NCBI GenBank assembly: GCA_050187535.1
Contig: JBFWXJ010000001.1
Coordinates: 1-59,439 of the forward strand
DNA length: 59,439 nt
Direction: 5' to 3'
Origin: Alphaproteobacteria bacterium
GTDB lineage: Bacteria > Pseudomonadota > Alphaproteobacteria > ATCC43930 > Allostellaceae
Under the pieces are notes generated by a model that was not told the DNA's origin, did no database searches, and worked only from the letters and a program-made list of their open reading frames with translations. A program made the translations under genes and the position numbers. Position 1 is the stretch's first letter, and each line of letters opens with the position of its first letter. Positions 39,723-48,763 of the stretch are shown one piece after another.

Positions 39723-40934
39723 ATGCTCGACGGCAGGCGCATCCTCCTCGTCATCGCGGGCGGCATCGCGGCCTACAAGTCGCTCGACCTCATCCGGCGC
39801 CTGCGCGAGCGCGGTGCGGCCGTGCGCTGCGTGCTGACGCGGTCGGGTGCCGAGTTCGTGACGCCGCTCTCGGTCGCGGCCTTGAGCGAGGACAAGGTCT
39901 ACTCCGAGCTCTTCTCGCTGACCGACGAGAGCGAGATGGGCCATATCCGCCTGTCGCGCGAGGCCGACCTCGTCGTGGTCGCGCCGGCGACCGCCGACCT
40001 GCTGGCGAAGATGGCGGCGGGGCTGGCCGACGACCTCGCCTCGACGGCGCTGCTGGCGACCGACAAGCCGGTGCTGGTCGCACCCGCCATGAACATCATG
40101 ATGTGGTCGCACCCGGCGACGCAGGCGAACATGGCGACCCTGGAAGCGCGCGGCGTGCGCCGCGTCGGCCCCGGCGCCGGCGCGCTCGCCTGCGGCGAGA
40201 CGGGCTCGGGGCGCATGTCGGAGCCGCTCGAGATCGTGGCCGCGATCGAAGCCTTCTTCGCCGCGAGCGCGGATCGGCCGCTGGCCGGCAGGCGCGCGAT
40301 CGTCACCAGCGGCCCGACGCGCGAGCCGATCGACCCCGTGCGCTACATCGCCAACCGCTCATCGGGGAAGCAGGGCCACGCGATCGCCGCCGCCCTGGCC
40401 CGCCTCGGCGCCGATACCGTGCTCGTCTCCGGCCCGACCGCCGAGCCGGATCCGGCCGGGGTCACGATGGTGCGCGTCGAGACCGCGCGCGAGATGCTGG
40501 CCGCCTGCGAGAAGGCGCTGCCGGCCGACGTCGCCGTCTGTGCGGCCGCCGTCGTCGACTGGCGGCCGGCCGATGCCGCCCCGTCGAAGCTGAAGAAGAA
40601 CGGCGGCGCCCCGCCGTCGCTGGCGATGGTCGAGAATCCCGACATCCTGGCGACCCTGTCGGCACCGGGCAACCGCCGCCCCGCCCTGGTCGTGGGATTC
40701 GCGGCGGAGACCGACGACGTCGTCGCCAATGCGCGGGCCAAGCGCGTGAAGAAGGGCTGCGACTGGCTGCTCGCGAACGACGTCTCGCCGGCCGCCGGAA
40801 CCTTCGGCGGCGAGCACAACACCATCCACCTCGTCACCGCCGGCGGCGTCGAGGACTGGCCGCGCATGACCAAGGCCGAGGTCGCCGACCGCCTCGCGCG
40901 CCGCCTCGCCGAGCACCTGCCGGTCGTGGTGTGA
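39723..40934 (+). CDS. coaBC: Bifunctional phosphopantothenoylcysteine decarboxylase/ligase
   Basis: GGIAAYKS, APATAD, PAMN, TSGPTREPIDPVRYIANRSSGKQG, VGFAAET. Confidence 0.98.
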   Translation: MLDGRRILLVIAGGIAAYKSLDLIRRLRERGAAVRCVLTRSGAEFVTPLSVAALSEDKVYSELFSLTDESEMGHIRLSREADLVVVAPATADLLAKMAAGLADDLASTALLATDKPVLVAPAMNIMMWSHPATQANMATLEARGVRRVGPGAGALACGETGSGRMSEPLEIVAAIEAFFAASADRPLAGRRAIVTSGPTREPIDPVRYIANRSSGKQGHAIAAALARLGADTVLVSGPTAEPDPAGVTMVRVETAREMLAACEKALPADVAVCAAAVVDWRPADAAPSKLKKNGGAPPSLAMVENPDILATLSAPGNRRPALVVGFAAETDDVVANARAKRVKKGCDWLLANDVSPAAGTFGGEHNTIHLVTAGGVEDWPRMTKAEVADRLARRLAEHLPVVV

Positions 40935-40938
40935 CCCC

Positions 40939-41553
40939 TCAGCTCTCCCGAGACGGCCGCGACAGCATTCGCGCGACAGCATCGCGGGCATCGGCATGTT
41001 GGGCATCGAGGATTAGCCGCCGCGACGGGTTTCTGCCCGCCTCCTCCGCACGCGCATAGACCGCGTCCGCCGAGTTTATGCGATGCGCGCGCTCCAGGCC
41101 GACCAGAAGATCCAGGGTCGTCATGACGATGAGACGATCACGGTCCTCCGGACCAATGAGAAATCCGCCGCGAACGACGCGATCGTCCTCCGTCACCAGC
41201 ACCGCCCTTTCGTCCGGTGCGAGACGGACGCCATAGCGGATCGCTTCGAGCGCGGCGCGCTCTCCGAGATCGCGTTCCCGATGTCGGGCGTTGCGCTCGC
41301 GCGCCGAGAGGAAGTTCGCATAGCTTTCGGTGACGATGGGAAACACTTCGCCTGGATGCTCCTGCATCCAGGCGGCAATTCCCGCCGCGCCGATCGCGTC
41401 GCTCCTGACGGTCGCTTCGTAGAGCACCGCGTCCGGCACATGCACGGGGAGGCCGGGGAAGAGCAGGTAGTCGAGCGAATCCGCGGCGGCCAGAGTGATG
41501 AGCGGCCCCGTGTCGGCAACGACGATGCGCGCGTTCAGATGCCGCTCGGTCAT
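40939..41553 (-). CDS. PIN-domain protein (DUF3368/VapC-like), putative toxin
   Basis: IVVADTGPLI, VPDAVLYE, DLGERAAL, LVTEDD acidic PIN residues. Confidence 0.75.
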   Translation of the reverse strand: MTERHLNARIVVADTGPLITLAAADSLDYLLFPGLPVHVPDAVLYEATVRSDAIGAAGIAAWMQEHPGEVFPIVTESYANFLSARERNARHRERDLGERAALEAIRYGVRLAPDERAVLVTEDDRVVRGGFLIGPEDRDRLIVMTTLDLLVGLERAHRINSADAVYARAEEAGRNPSRRLILDAQHADARDAVARMLSRPSRES

Positions 41554-41765
41554 GGCGCGGCACGCTCGGCCGCTTCCTGGATCAGCCGCACGCCCGCGGA
41601 ATTCGGGTCGACGGGTGGGCGAGGCAGCGGTAGGCGATGCTTGCGCAGCAGCACGAGCATGTCGGCGAAGTCCAGATCGCGGCCGAGCCGGCGGCCGGCC
41701 TCGGGGCGGCTGATCTCGCCCCGGCTGAAGGCGCCGACGATCGCCCGCTCCTCGCTTCTGCGCAT
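41550..41765 (-). CDS. UPF0175-like small HTH protein, putative antitoxin
   Basis: FSRGEISRPEAGRRLG...LRKHRLP; ATGA overlap with the PIN gene. Confidence 0.65.
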   Translation of the reverse strand: MRRSEERAIVGAFSRGEISRPEAGRRLGRDLDFADMLVLLRKHRLPLPRPPVDPNSAGVRLIQEAAERAAP

Positions 41766-41818
41766 GGCGAGGGTATAGAGACGGGAGACGCGAAACTCCA
41801 GCGCACGAGGCACCGCCC

Positions 41819-42199
41819 ATGAATGCCTATCTCATCGTCTTCGCCGGGGCGGGAATCGGCGGGATGCTGCGGCACGGCGCCAACATGGCTGGGCTTCGCC
41901 TGCTCGGCCCGGCGTCGCAATGGGCGACGCTGGCCGTCAACGCGACCGGCTCGCTCGTCATGGGGCTGATCGCGGGCTGGTTCGCGCTGCGGTCGGGCGG
42001 CGGGGGACAGCATCTGCGCCTCTTCCTGACGACCGGAATTCTCGGCGGCTACACCACCTTCTCCGCCTTCTCGCTGGATGCCGCCCTGTTGTGGGAGCGC
42101 GGCGAGGGCTGGACGGCAGCCCTGTACGTCGCGGCGTCGGTCGGGCTGTCGCTGGCCGGCGTCTTCGCCGGGCTGGCCCTGATGCGCCTGACGGAGTGA
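41819..42199 (+). CDS. crcB: Fluoride channel FluC/CrcB
   Basis: GAGIGGMLR, TLAVN..GS, TTGILGGYTTFSAFSLD. Confidence 0.96.
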   Translation: MNAYLIVFAGAGIGGMLRHGANMAGLRLLGPASQWATLAVNATGSLVMGLIAGWFALRSGGGGQHLRLFLTTGILGGYTTFSAFSLDAALLWERGEGWTAALYVAASVGLSLAGVFAGLALMRLTE

Positions 42200-42209
42200 G
42201 GGCCGGCGA

Positions 42210-42785
42210 TCAGGGCGCCGCCGCCGCGGCCGGGCGGGTCGCGAACAGGTATTCGATCCCCGCATAGAGGGCCGTGTCGGCGACGGCGACGGTGAGCGCG
42301 AAGGCGGCCGACGCGGCGGCGTCGACGCCGCCCAGCACGCTGCCGAGGGCGAAGCTCCGGACGGTGTTGACGACGCGATAGGTCGCGGACTTCCCGGCGA
42401 TCACCGCCGGGTCCGCCGGATCGCGATCGGGCCCCAGCGCGGCGTCCCAGACGAGGTCGTGGGCGACGTAGACCGTCGCCGCGCTGGCGAGGCTGGCGGC
42501 GAACACGACCGGCAGGCTCGCCGTCCCGGCACCGAAGAAGCCGTAGAAGGCGGCCGCCTCCAGCGTGCTCGACAAGGTCTCGAACACGGCCGCCTTGGTC
42601 AGCGTGCGCAGGATGCCGGGCGGAAGCTCCGATCCCGGCGGGTGCGGCGCGGCCGGGCCGGCGGACGCCGGCGGCACCGTAAGCGGCTCCGCGGCCGATG
42701 CGCCCGCGGACATGGCGAGCGGCATCGCCGCCGCGATCGTCGCGGCGACGGCGAGCGCCCGCAGGTGATGGAACCGCGCCGTCAT
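42210..42785 (-). CDS. Membrane hypothetical protein (DUF2061-like duplicated helices)
   Basis: Signal-like N-terminus; RTLTKAAVFE...YVAHDLVW and KSATYR...YAGIEYLF internal repeat; coupled to the upstream regulator. Confidence 0.55.
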   Translation of the reverse strand: MTARFHHLRALAVAATIAAAMPLAMSAGASAAEPLTVPPASAGPAAPHPPGSELPPGILRTLTKAAVFETLSSTLEAAAFYGFFGAGTASLPVVFAASLASAATVYVAHDLVWDAALGPDRDPADPAVIAGKSATYRVVNTVRSFALGSVLGGVDAAASAAFALTVAVADTALYAGIEYLFATRPAAAAAP

Positions 42786-43627
42786 CCGGCCGCTCGCATG
42801 GCGTTGTCCGTCGCCGCATCGGCCGGATGCAGGGTCTCGATACGCAGCTCCTGGAGCGTGATGTCCTGGGCGGTGCCGAGCGTCGCGATGGTGCTGAGGA
42901 AGCCGAGCGGCCCCGCGGGCGAGAGCAGCACGACCGGCACGATGAGCTCGGCCGGCCCGGCGGCGTCGAGGTCGGGCAGCTTCGGCACGCCGGGCTGGGC
43001 GAGGGCCTCCGCCAGCAGGGCGCGCCGCGTCGGATCGCCGTCGCGGGCGACCTCCCGCCGCGCGCGATCGAGGATCGAACGTACCACCTCCGGCCAGTTG
43101 CCGAGCTGGTGGCGGTAGCCCTCGGGATGGGTGAGCAGCCGCAGCAGGTTCGGCCGTGGCGCCGGCAGCAGCGTCAGCGCGGCGATCGGCGGCCCGCCCC
43201 GGGCGGCGGCACCGCAGGCGTTGACCGCCGCCGCGTAGGCGGGATTGGCCATGACGATGTCCCAGCGAGCGTCCAGGGCTACGCCGGGGAGCGGCGCGTG
43301 CCGCCCGAGGATCATGCGCAGCGCCGTCAGCACGTCGGCCATGGCGGGCGCGTCCAGCGGCGTCTCGCGGAACACCGGTGCGAATCCCGCCGCCAGCAGC
43401 ACCTCGTTGCGGGCGCGCTGCGGCACGGCCAGCGCCGCGCACAGGCGCAGCACCATGTCGCGGCTCGGCCGCGCCCGGCCGCTCTCGACGAAGCTCAGAT
43501 GGCGCGCGGACACCCCGGCCTCGCCCGAGAGGTCGAGCTGGCTCATGCGCCGCTGCCGCCGCCAGCGCGCGAGCAGCGTGCCGACGGGTGGCGCTGCGCC
43601 GGCGAGGCGTTCCTGGAGAGCCGTCAT
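42782..43627 (-). CDS. XRE-HTH / MmyB-type regulator
   Basis: RWRRQRRMSQLDLS...SARHLSFVESGRARPSR, LLAAGFAP, WDIVMAN, TLQELRIE. Confidence 0.93.
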   Translation of the reverse strand: MTALQERLAGAAPPVGTLLARWRRQRRMSQLDLSGEAGVSARHLSFVESGRARPSRDMVLRLCAALAVPQRARNEVLLAAGFAPVFRETPLDAPAMADVLTALRMILGRHAPLPGVALDARWDIVMANPAYAAAVNACGAAARGGPPIAALTLLPAPRPNLLRLLTHPEGYRHQLGNWPEVVRSILDRARREVARDGDPTRRALLAEALAQPGVPKLPDLDAAGPAELIVPVVLLSPAGPLGFLSTIATLGTAQDITLQELRIETLHPADAATDNAMRAAG

Positions 43628-43660
43628 GGCCGCAGCCTAGCATCCCGCCGCGTCGGCGCG

Positions 43661-43677
43661 ATTACCTCGGCGGTAAT
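43661..43677. promoter_or_regulatory. Palindromic operator upstream of the MmyB-type regulator
   Basis: ATTACC-tcggc-GGTAAT, 33 nt upstream of the start codon. Confidence 0.6.
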
Positions 43678-43686
43678 CCCGACGCG

Positions 43687-44664
43687 TCAGTCCGTGGGCG
43701 ACGGCTCGGCCGCGATCGGCGCGACGGCGCGGAAGGCACGCTTGAGCGCGAAGAGCTTGCGGTCGCGCTCCTGGAAGAGCTCGGCCGAGTCGCGGCCGCC
43801 GTAGTCGTACCAGCCCGCACCCGCCGCCACGCCGGTGCGCCCGGCCTCGACCAGCCGGTCGAGCGCGGCACAGCGGCCGGTCGGCTCCGGCGGCGCATAG
43901 GAGCGGTTGGCGAGAATCTGGCGCGACAGGGCGAGACTGGTGAAGTCCGCCTTCATGTAGTGGCCCATCAGCGCCATGCGCAGCGCCAGGCCGTGGCGGA
44001 TCGAATCGTCGATGTCCTCCGGCCCGGCGACGCCCGCATCGAGCAGCGCATTCACCTCCAGCCCGATCGCCGCCTGGATGCGGTTGGCGATGAAGCCGGG
44101 TACGAAGCGGCGCAACACGACCGGATGCTTGCCGAAGCCGGCATAGAGGGCGCGGATGCGCTCGGTCACCGCGGGGTCGGTCGCGGGGCCTGCCGCCACG
44201 TCGACGAGGTCGATGAGATAGGGCGGCGTGTACCAGTGCGCGACCAGCGTGCGCGGCAGGCGGCGGGCCGGCACCAGCGGGAAGATGTCCAGCATCGACG
44301 TGTTCGACGCGATGATCGCATCGGCCGGCGCTGCCGCGTCGACCGCCGCGAACACCCGCCGCTTGATCTCCACGTCCTCCGACACCGCCTCGACGACGAG
44401 GCCCGCATCGGCGACCGCCGTCGCGAGGTCGGGTGCGGCGGTGACCGCCTCGGCCAGCCGCTCCGCCGTCCACTCCGGCGGCGCCTCGCCCGCCTCGCGC
44501 ATAGTGGCCAGCGCCGTCGCCATCAGGTCCGGCGCGCGGGCGAGTGCTGCCGCGTTGGTATCGAACAGGCGCACGGGATGGCCGCCAAGCACGTGCACCA
44601 GCGCCAGCGCGTGCCCCATCAGCCCGGCACCGAGGACGGCAACCGGCATCGCGGTTTCGGTCAT
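43687..44664 (-). CDS. 3-hydroxyacyl-CoA dehydrogenase family protein
   Basis: VLGAGLMG, VVEAVSED, IASNTS, PGFIANRIQ. Confidence 0.92.
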   Translation of the reverse strand: MTETAMPVAVLGAGLMGHALALVHVLGGHPVRLFDTNAAALARAPDLMATALATMREAGEAPPEWTAERLAEAVTAAPDLATAVADAGLVVEAVSEDVEIKRRVFAAVDAAAPADAIIASNTSMLDIFPLVPARRLPRTLVAHWYTPPYLIDLVDVAAGPATDPAVTERIRALYAGFGKHPVVLRRFVPGFIANRIQAAIGLEVNALLDAGVAGPEDIDDSIRHGLALRMALMGHYMKADFTSLALSRQILANRSYAPPEPTGRCAALDRLVEAGRTGVAAGAGWYDYGGRDSAELFQERDRKLFALKRAFRAVAPIAAEPSPTD

Positions 44665-44720
44665 GTCGTGGGTTCCTTCGACGAAGCGAGAAGCGGCGGC
44701 AGGGTGCTGCGTATCGCCTC

Positions 44721-46403
44721 TCAGGTCATTTCCGGCGTCCAGCCGAGCGGTGCGCGCGCCGCCGGGTCCGTCGCCACGTCGATCACCGCCGGCCGGTCGG
44801 CGGCCAGTGCCGCGGCGAAGGCTTCGGCGAAGTCGGCCGGGCGCTCGACGCGGGCGCCGAAGCAGTCGAAGGAGCGGGCAAGTGCCGCATAGTCGGTCGG
44901 GCGGAAGACGTAGATCTCCTCCTTGTTGCCGTTGCGGCCGGCATAGGCGGCGTCGATGCTGCGTGTCCCCTGGGCGAGGCAACCGTTGTTGTTGACGATG
45001 GTGACGGTGCGGATGTCGTGGCGGCGCGCCGTCTCCAGCTCGGCCATGTGATACATGAACCCGCCGTCGCCGGTGAAGCACACGACCGGCCGCTCCGGCA
45101 GCGCGCATTTGACGCCGAGCGCGCCGGGGAAGCCCCAGCCGAGCGAGCCCGCCGCGCGCAGGTAGCGGTGCCCGGCGCCGAGGCCGACCAGCGTGCCGCT
45201 CCACTGCGAGGAATAGCCGGTGTCGGCGACCAGCACCGCGTCGGGCGGCAGCACGCGCTCCAGCTCCGCGCAGAGCCGCTCGGGCCGGATGGGCCGCATG
45301 TCCGCGGCCAGGAGCGGCGCCGTCTCCGCCCGCCATTCCGCAACCAGTGCTGCGCCGCGCGCCGCCCAGGCACCGGTCGGGCGCGATGCGACGGCGGCGG
45401 TCAGCTGCTCGGTCCCCGCGCGCACGTCCGCCTGCAGCCCGATGGTGCCGGGGTAGGAGCGCCCGAGCTCCGCCGGGTCGGGGTCGACCTGGACGACCGG
45501 GGTCCCGGGAGGGGGCAGCGTCCAGTTGTTCGTCACCTGGTCGCCGGTGTCGCAGCCGAGGAAGACCACGAGATCGGCCTCGGCGACGATGCGGTTGGCG
45601 CAGCTTCGCGAATAGGTGCCGACGATGCCGCCCCACAGCGGGTCGTCCTCGGCCAGCACCGTCTTGGCGTCGAGCGAGGCCACGACCGGCACGCCCAGCC
45701 GGCGGGCGAGTGCCGCCACCGCGGCTTCCGCGTTCGAGACGGCGACGCCCGCACCGGCCACCAGCACCGGCCGCTGGGCGGCGTCGATCGCGGCGACGGC
45801 GGCCGCCACCATCTCCGGGTCGGCGGGTGGCCGGAAAGCGGGGATGCGGCCGAAAGAGGCCTCGGGGAAGGCCGCTCCCGGGCAGTCGGCGAGTGCGGTC
45901 TGATCGCCGGTCATGCCGGCGATGTCGAGATGCACCGGCCCCGGCCGCCCGGTCACCGCCATGCGGAACGCCTGGCGCATCAGCAGGGGAAGCTGGGCCG
46001 GCTCGTCGACGCGCATCGAGGCCTTCGTCACCGAGCCGAAGAGCGGCTCGTGCGGCACCTCCTGGTAGGAGTTCCGGTACTGCTCCATCGGCAGCTTGCG
46101 GCCGGTCAGCGCGACGACGGCGGACTGGCCGAGCCAGGCGTCCTGCAGCCCGGCCGCGAGGTTGGCGGCGCCGACCGACTGCGCCATGCACAGGCCGGGG
46201 CGGCGCGATGCCCGCGACCAGCCGTCGGCCATGTAGGCGGCCGCCTTCTCGGAATGGGTCAGCACCCTGCGGATGCCGACATCCTCCATCTCGACCAGCG
46301 CGCGGCGCAACACCGCGTCGACGAAGAAGACATGGCCGATACCGAGTGCGGCCGCGCTCTCGGCGATGTAGCGGGCGCCCTTCATGGTGGGAATCTTCGT
46401 CAC
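44721..46403 (-). CDS. Thiamine-diphosphate-dependent enzyme (acetolactate synthase-like)
   Basis: HSEKAAAYMADG, GRPGPVHL, GSLGWGFP, TGDGG...NN; GGAGG RBS before GTG 46403. Confidence 0.92.
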   Translation of the reverse strand: MTKIPTMKGARYIAESAAALGIGHVFFVDAVLRRALVEMEDVGIRRVLTHSEKAAAYMADGWSRASRRPGLCMAQSVGAANLAAGLQDAWLGQSAVVALTGRKLPMEQYRNSYQEVPHEPLFGSVTKASMRVDEPAQLPLLMRQAFRMAVTGRPGPVHLDIAGMTGDQTALADCPGAAFPEASFGRIPAFRPPADPEMVAAAVAAIDAAQRPVLVAGAGVAVSNAEAAVAALARRLGVPVVASLDAKTVLAEDDPLWGGIVGTYSRSCANRIVAEADLVVFLGCDTGDQVTNNWTLPPPGTPVVQVDPDPAELGRSYPGTIGLQADVRAGTEQLTAAVASRPTGAWAARGAALVAEWRAETAPLLAADMRPIRPERLCAELERVLPPDAVLVADTGYSSQWSGTLVGLGAGHRYLRAAGSLGWGFPGALGVKCALPERPVVCFTGDGGFMYHMAELETARRHDIRTVTIVNNNGCLAQGTRSIDAAYAGRNGNKEEIYVFRPTDYAALARSFDCFGARVERPADFAEAFAAALAADRPAVIDVATDPAARAPLGWTPEMT

Positions 46404-46541
46404 GACCCGTTCCTCCCCTCGGCCCGTCCCGGCCATGGGCAGGGAGCCGGCCCCACGGGCGCACCCTTCGTCAAGAGCCGACGACTACGCGCGAGGTAAT
46501 GGCGGCCGTGGCACGGGGGATGCGACGATGCCGCCCGAACG

Positions 46542-47924
46542 ATGCCCGATTCCGCCCCCACCACTCCGCCACCGACCGAGCTGGCGCCGCGTACGCGCCG
46601 CATCCTCGAGGGGCCGGTCATGGCGACCTTGCTGCGGCTGGCCGCCCCCAACCTGGGCGAGGCGGCCGCGCGCATCGCCTTCGTCAGCTTCGACGCGGTC
46701 TTCGTCGGCTGGGTCGGCACCGACGCGCTGGCCGGCGTGGCGCTGGCCTTCCCGATCTTCCTGCTGATGCAGATGACCTCGGCGTCCGGTCTGGGTGCGG
46801 GCGTCAACGGCGCGGTCGCCCGCGCCATGGGGGCGGGAAGACGGACGGACGCGGCTGCCATCGCCTTCCACGCCCTGGTGCTGGCCGTCGCGATCGGCAT
46901 CGCCTTCGGCGCCCTGATGCTGGCGGCGGGGCCGGCCGTCTACCGCGCCATGGGCGCAACCGGCCGGGCGCTGGACGAAGCGGTCGCCTATTCGGCGATC
47001 GTCTTCGGCGGCGTCGTCATGGTGTGGACGATGAACCTGTTGGCCAACGTCGTGCGCGGCACCGGCAACATGGTGGTGCCGGCATCGGCCATCGTCGTCG
47101 GCGAGGCGGTGCACCTGACGGCCTCGCCCGTGCTGATCCTGGGCCTGGGGCCGGTGCCGGCCATGGGCGTCGTCGGCGCGGGCATCGCGATCGTCGCGAC
47201 CTATGCGGCCGGCGCCGCCGTGCTGGCCTGGCACCTGCTGCGGGGCAAGGGCGAGATTCGCCTTGGCCTCCATCGGCTGCGGCGGGCGCATTTCGCCGCC
47301 ATCCTGGGCGTCGGCGTGCCCGCCGCCCTCAATGTCGTCCAGGCACAGGCGACGATGATCGTCGCGACCGGGCTGATGGCGGCCTTCGGCACTGCGGCGC
47401 TTGCCGGCTACGGTGCGGCCGCGCGGCTCGACCTGCTGCAGATTCCGCTCACCTTCGCGCTGGGATCCGCGGTGATCGCCATGGTTGCGACCGCCATGGG
47501 TGCCGGCCGGCCCGAGCGAGTGCGCCGCGTCGCCTGGACCGGGGTGGCCGCCGCGGTTGCCATCGGCGCCGGCTTCGGGGCGGTTGCCCTCTTCCTGCCG
47601 GAGGGGTGGATGCGGCTCTTCACCGGCGACCCGGCGGCGGTCGCAGCGGGGGCCGCATATCTGCGCACCGTCGGCATCGCCTACCCGGTCCTCGGCGTCG
47701 GCTTCGGTCTCTTCTTCGCGCTGCTGGGCCTGGGACGGGCGGGCACGCCGTTCCTCGCCGGCACCTTGCGGCTGGCGATCGTCGCCGGCGGCGGCTGGTT
47801 CGTCGTCCACCGGCTGGACGGCGGCTTCGCCGGCATGTCGACGGTGGTGGCCGTGGCCGCCGTCGCCTTCGCGCTCGCCATGGTGGCGATCGCGCTGCGC
47901 ACGCCGGGGTTGAGCCGGGCCTGA
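46542..47924 (+). CDS. MATE family efflux transporter
   Basis: LLRLAAP, LAGVALAFP, RGTGNM, FGTAALAGYG. Confidence 0.92.
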   Translation: MPDSAPTTPPPTELAPRTRRILEGPVMATLLRLAAPNLGEAAARIAFVSFDAVFVGWVGTDALAGVALAFPIFLLMQMTSASGLGAGVNGAVARAMGAGRRTDAAAIAFHALVLAVAIGIAFGALMLAAGPAVYRAMGATGRALDEAVAYSAIVFGGVVMVWTMNLLANVVRGTGNMVVPASAIVVGEAVHLTASPVLILGLGPVPAMGVVGAGIAIVATYAAGAAVLAWHLLRGKGEIRLGLHRLRRAHFAAILGVGVPAALNVVQAQATMIVATGLMAAFGTAALAGYGAAARLDLLQIPLTFALGSAVIAMVATAMGAGRPERVRRVAWTGVAAAVAIGAGFGAVALFLPEGWMRLFTGDPAAVAAGAAYLRTVGIAYPVLGVGFGLFFALLGLGRAGTPFLAGTLRLAIVAGGGWFVVHRLDGGFAGMSTVVAVAAVAFALAMVAIALRTPGLSRA

Positions 47925-47953
47925 GATTGCCGCCGGCGACCGCCGGTGCGAAC

Positions 47954-48763
47954 ATGGCGGGCATGACCATCGAACTCACGGACGCGCAGCTCGAGCGCTA
48001 CGCCCGCCACGTCATCCTGGACGAGGTCGGCGAGGAGGGTCAGGCGCGCCTGCTCGCCGCCCGCGTGCTGGTGGTGGGTGCGGGCGGGCTCGGCGCGCCG
48101 GTGCTGCTCTATCTGGCGGCCGCCGGCGTCGGGCACCTGACCGTCGTCGACCCGGACACGGTCGACCTCTCCAACCTGCAGCGGCAGGTGATCCACCAGA
48201 CCGCCACCGTCGGCATGGCCAAGGCCGAGAGCGCCAAGGCCGCCATCGCCCGCCTCAACCCCGACATCGCCGTCGAGACGATCGTCGGCAGGGTCGAGGC
48301 CGGCAACGCGGCGCGCCTGATCGCCGGGCACCACGTCGTGGTCGACGGCACCGACAACTTCGCCGCCCGCTACCTTCTCAACGACGCCTGCTACTTCGCG
48401 GGCGTGCCGCTCGTCTCCGCCGCGCTGCTGCGCTTCGAGGGGCAGATATCCACCTACAAGGCGCATGAGCCGGGCGAGAACCGGCCATGCTACCGCTGCC
48501 TCTTCCGCGCCCCGCCGCCGCCCGACCTGGTGCCGCGCTGCGAGCAGGCGGGCATCTTCGGCGCGGTCGCGGGCGCGGTCGGCACGCTGCAGGCGGCCGA
48601 GGTGCTGAAGGAGCTGCTGGGCCTGGGCGAGACGCTGGCCGGCACGCTGCTGCTCTACGACGCGCTCGGCACCAGCTTCCGCCGCATCCGTGCCAGGCGC
48701 GACCCGGACTGCCCGCTCTGCGGCTCGCAGCCCTCGATCCGCGACCTCTCCGGGCACGGCTGA
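47954..48763 (+). CDS. moeB: Molybdopterin-synthase adenylyltransferase MoeB (ThiF family)
   Basis: ERYARHVIL, VVGAGGLG, DLSNLQRQ, DGTDNF, PCYRCLF, CPLC. Confidence 0.9.
   Translation: MAGMTIELTDAQLERYARHVILDEVGEEGQARLLAARVLVVGAGGLGAPVLLYLAAAGVGHLTVVDPDTVDLSNLQRQVIHQTATVGMAKAESAKAAIARLNPDIAVETIVGRVEAGNAARLIAGHHVVVDGTDNFAARYLLNDACYFAGVPLVSAALLRFEGQISTYKAHEPGENRPCYRCLFRAPPPPDLVPRCEQAGIFGAVAGAVGTLQAAEVLKELLGLGETLAGTLLLYDALGTSFRRIRARRDPDCPLCGSQPSIRDLSGHG

Noticed and set aside
41766-41818. Fluoride riboswitch upstream of crcB
   Set aside because: The intergenic region is only 53 bp and I could not find the GGCGATGG...CGCC/GCTGATGAC consensus.
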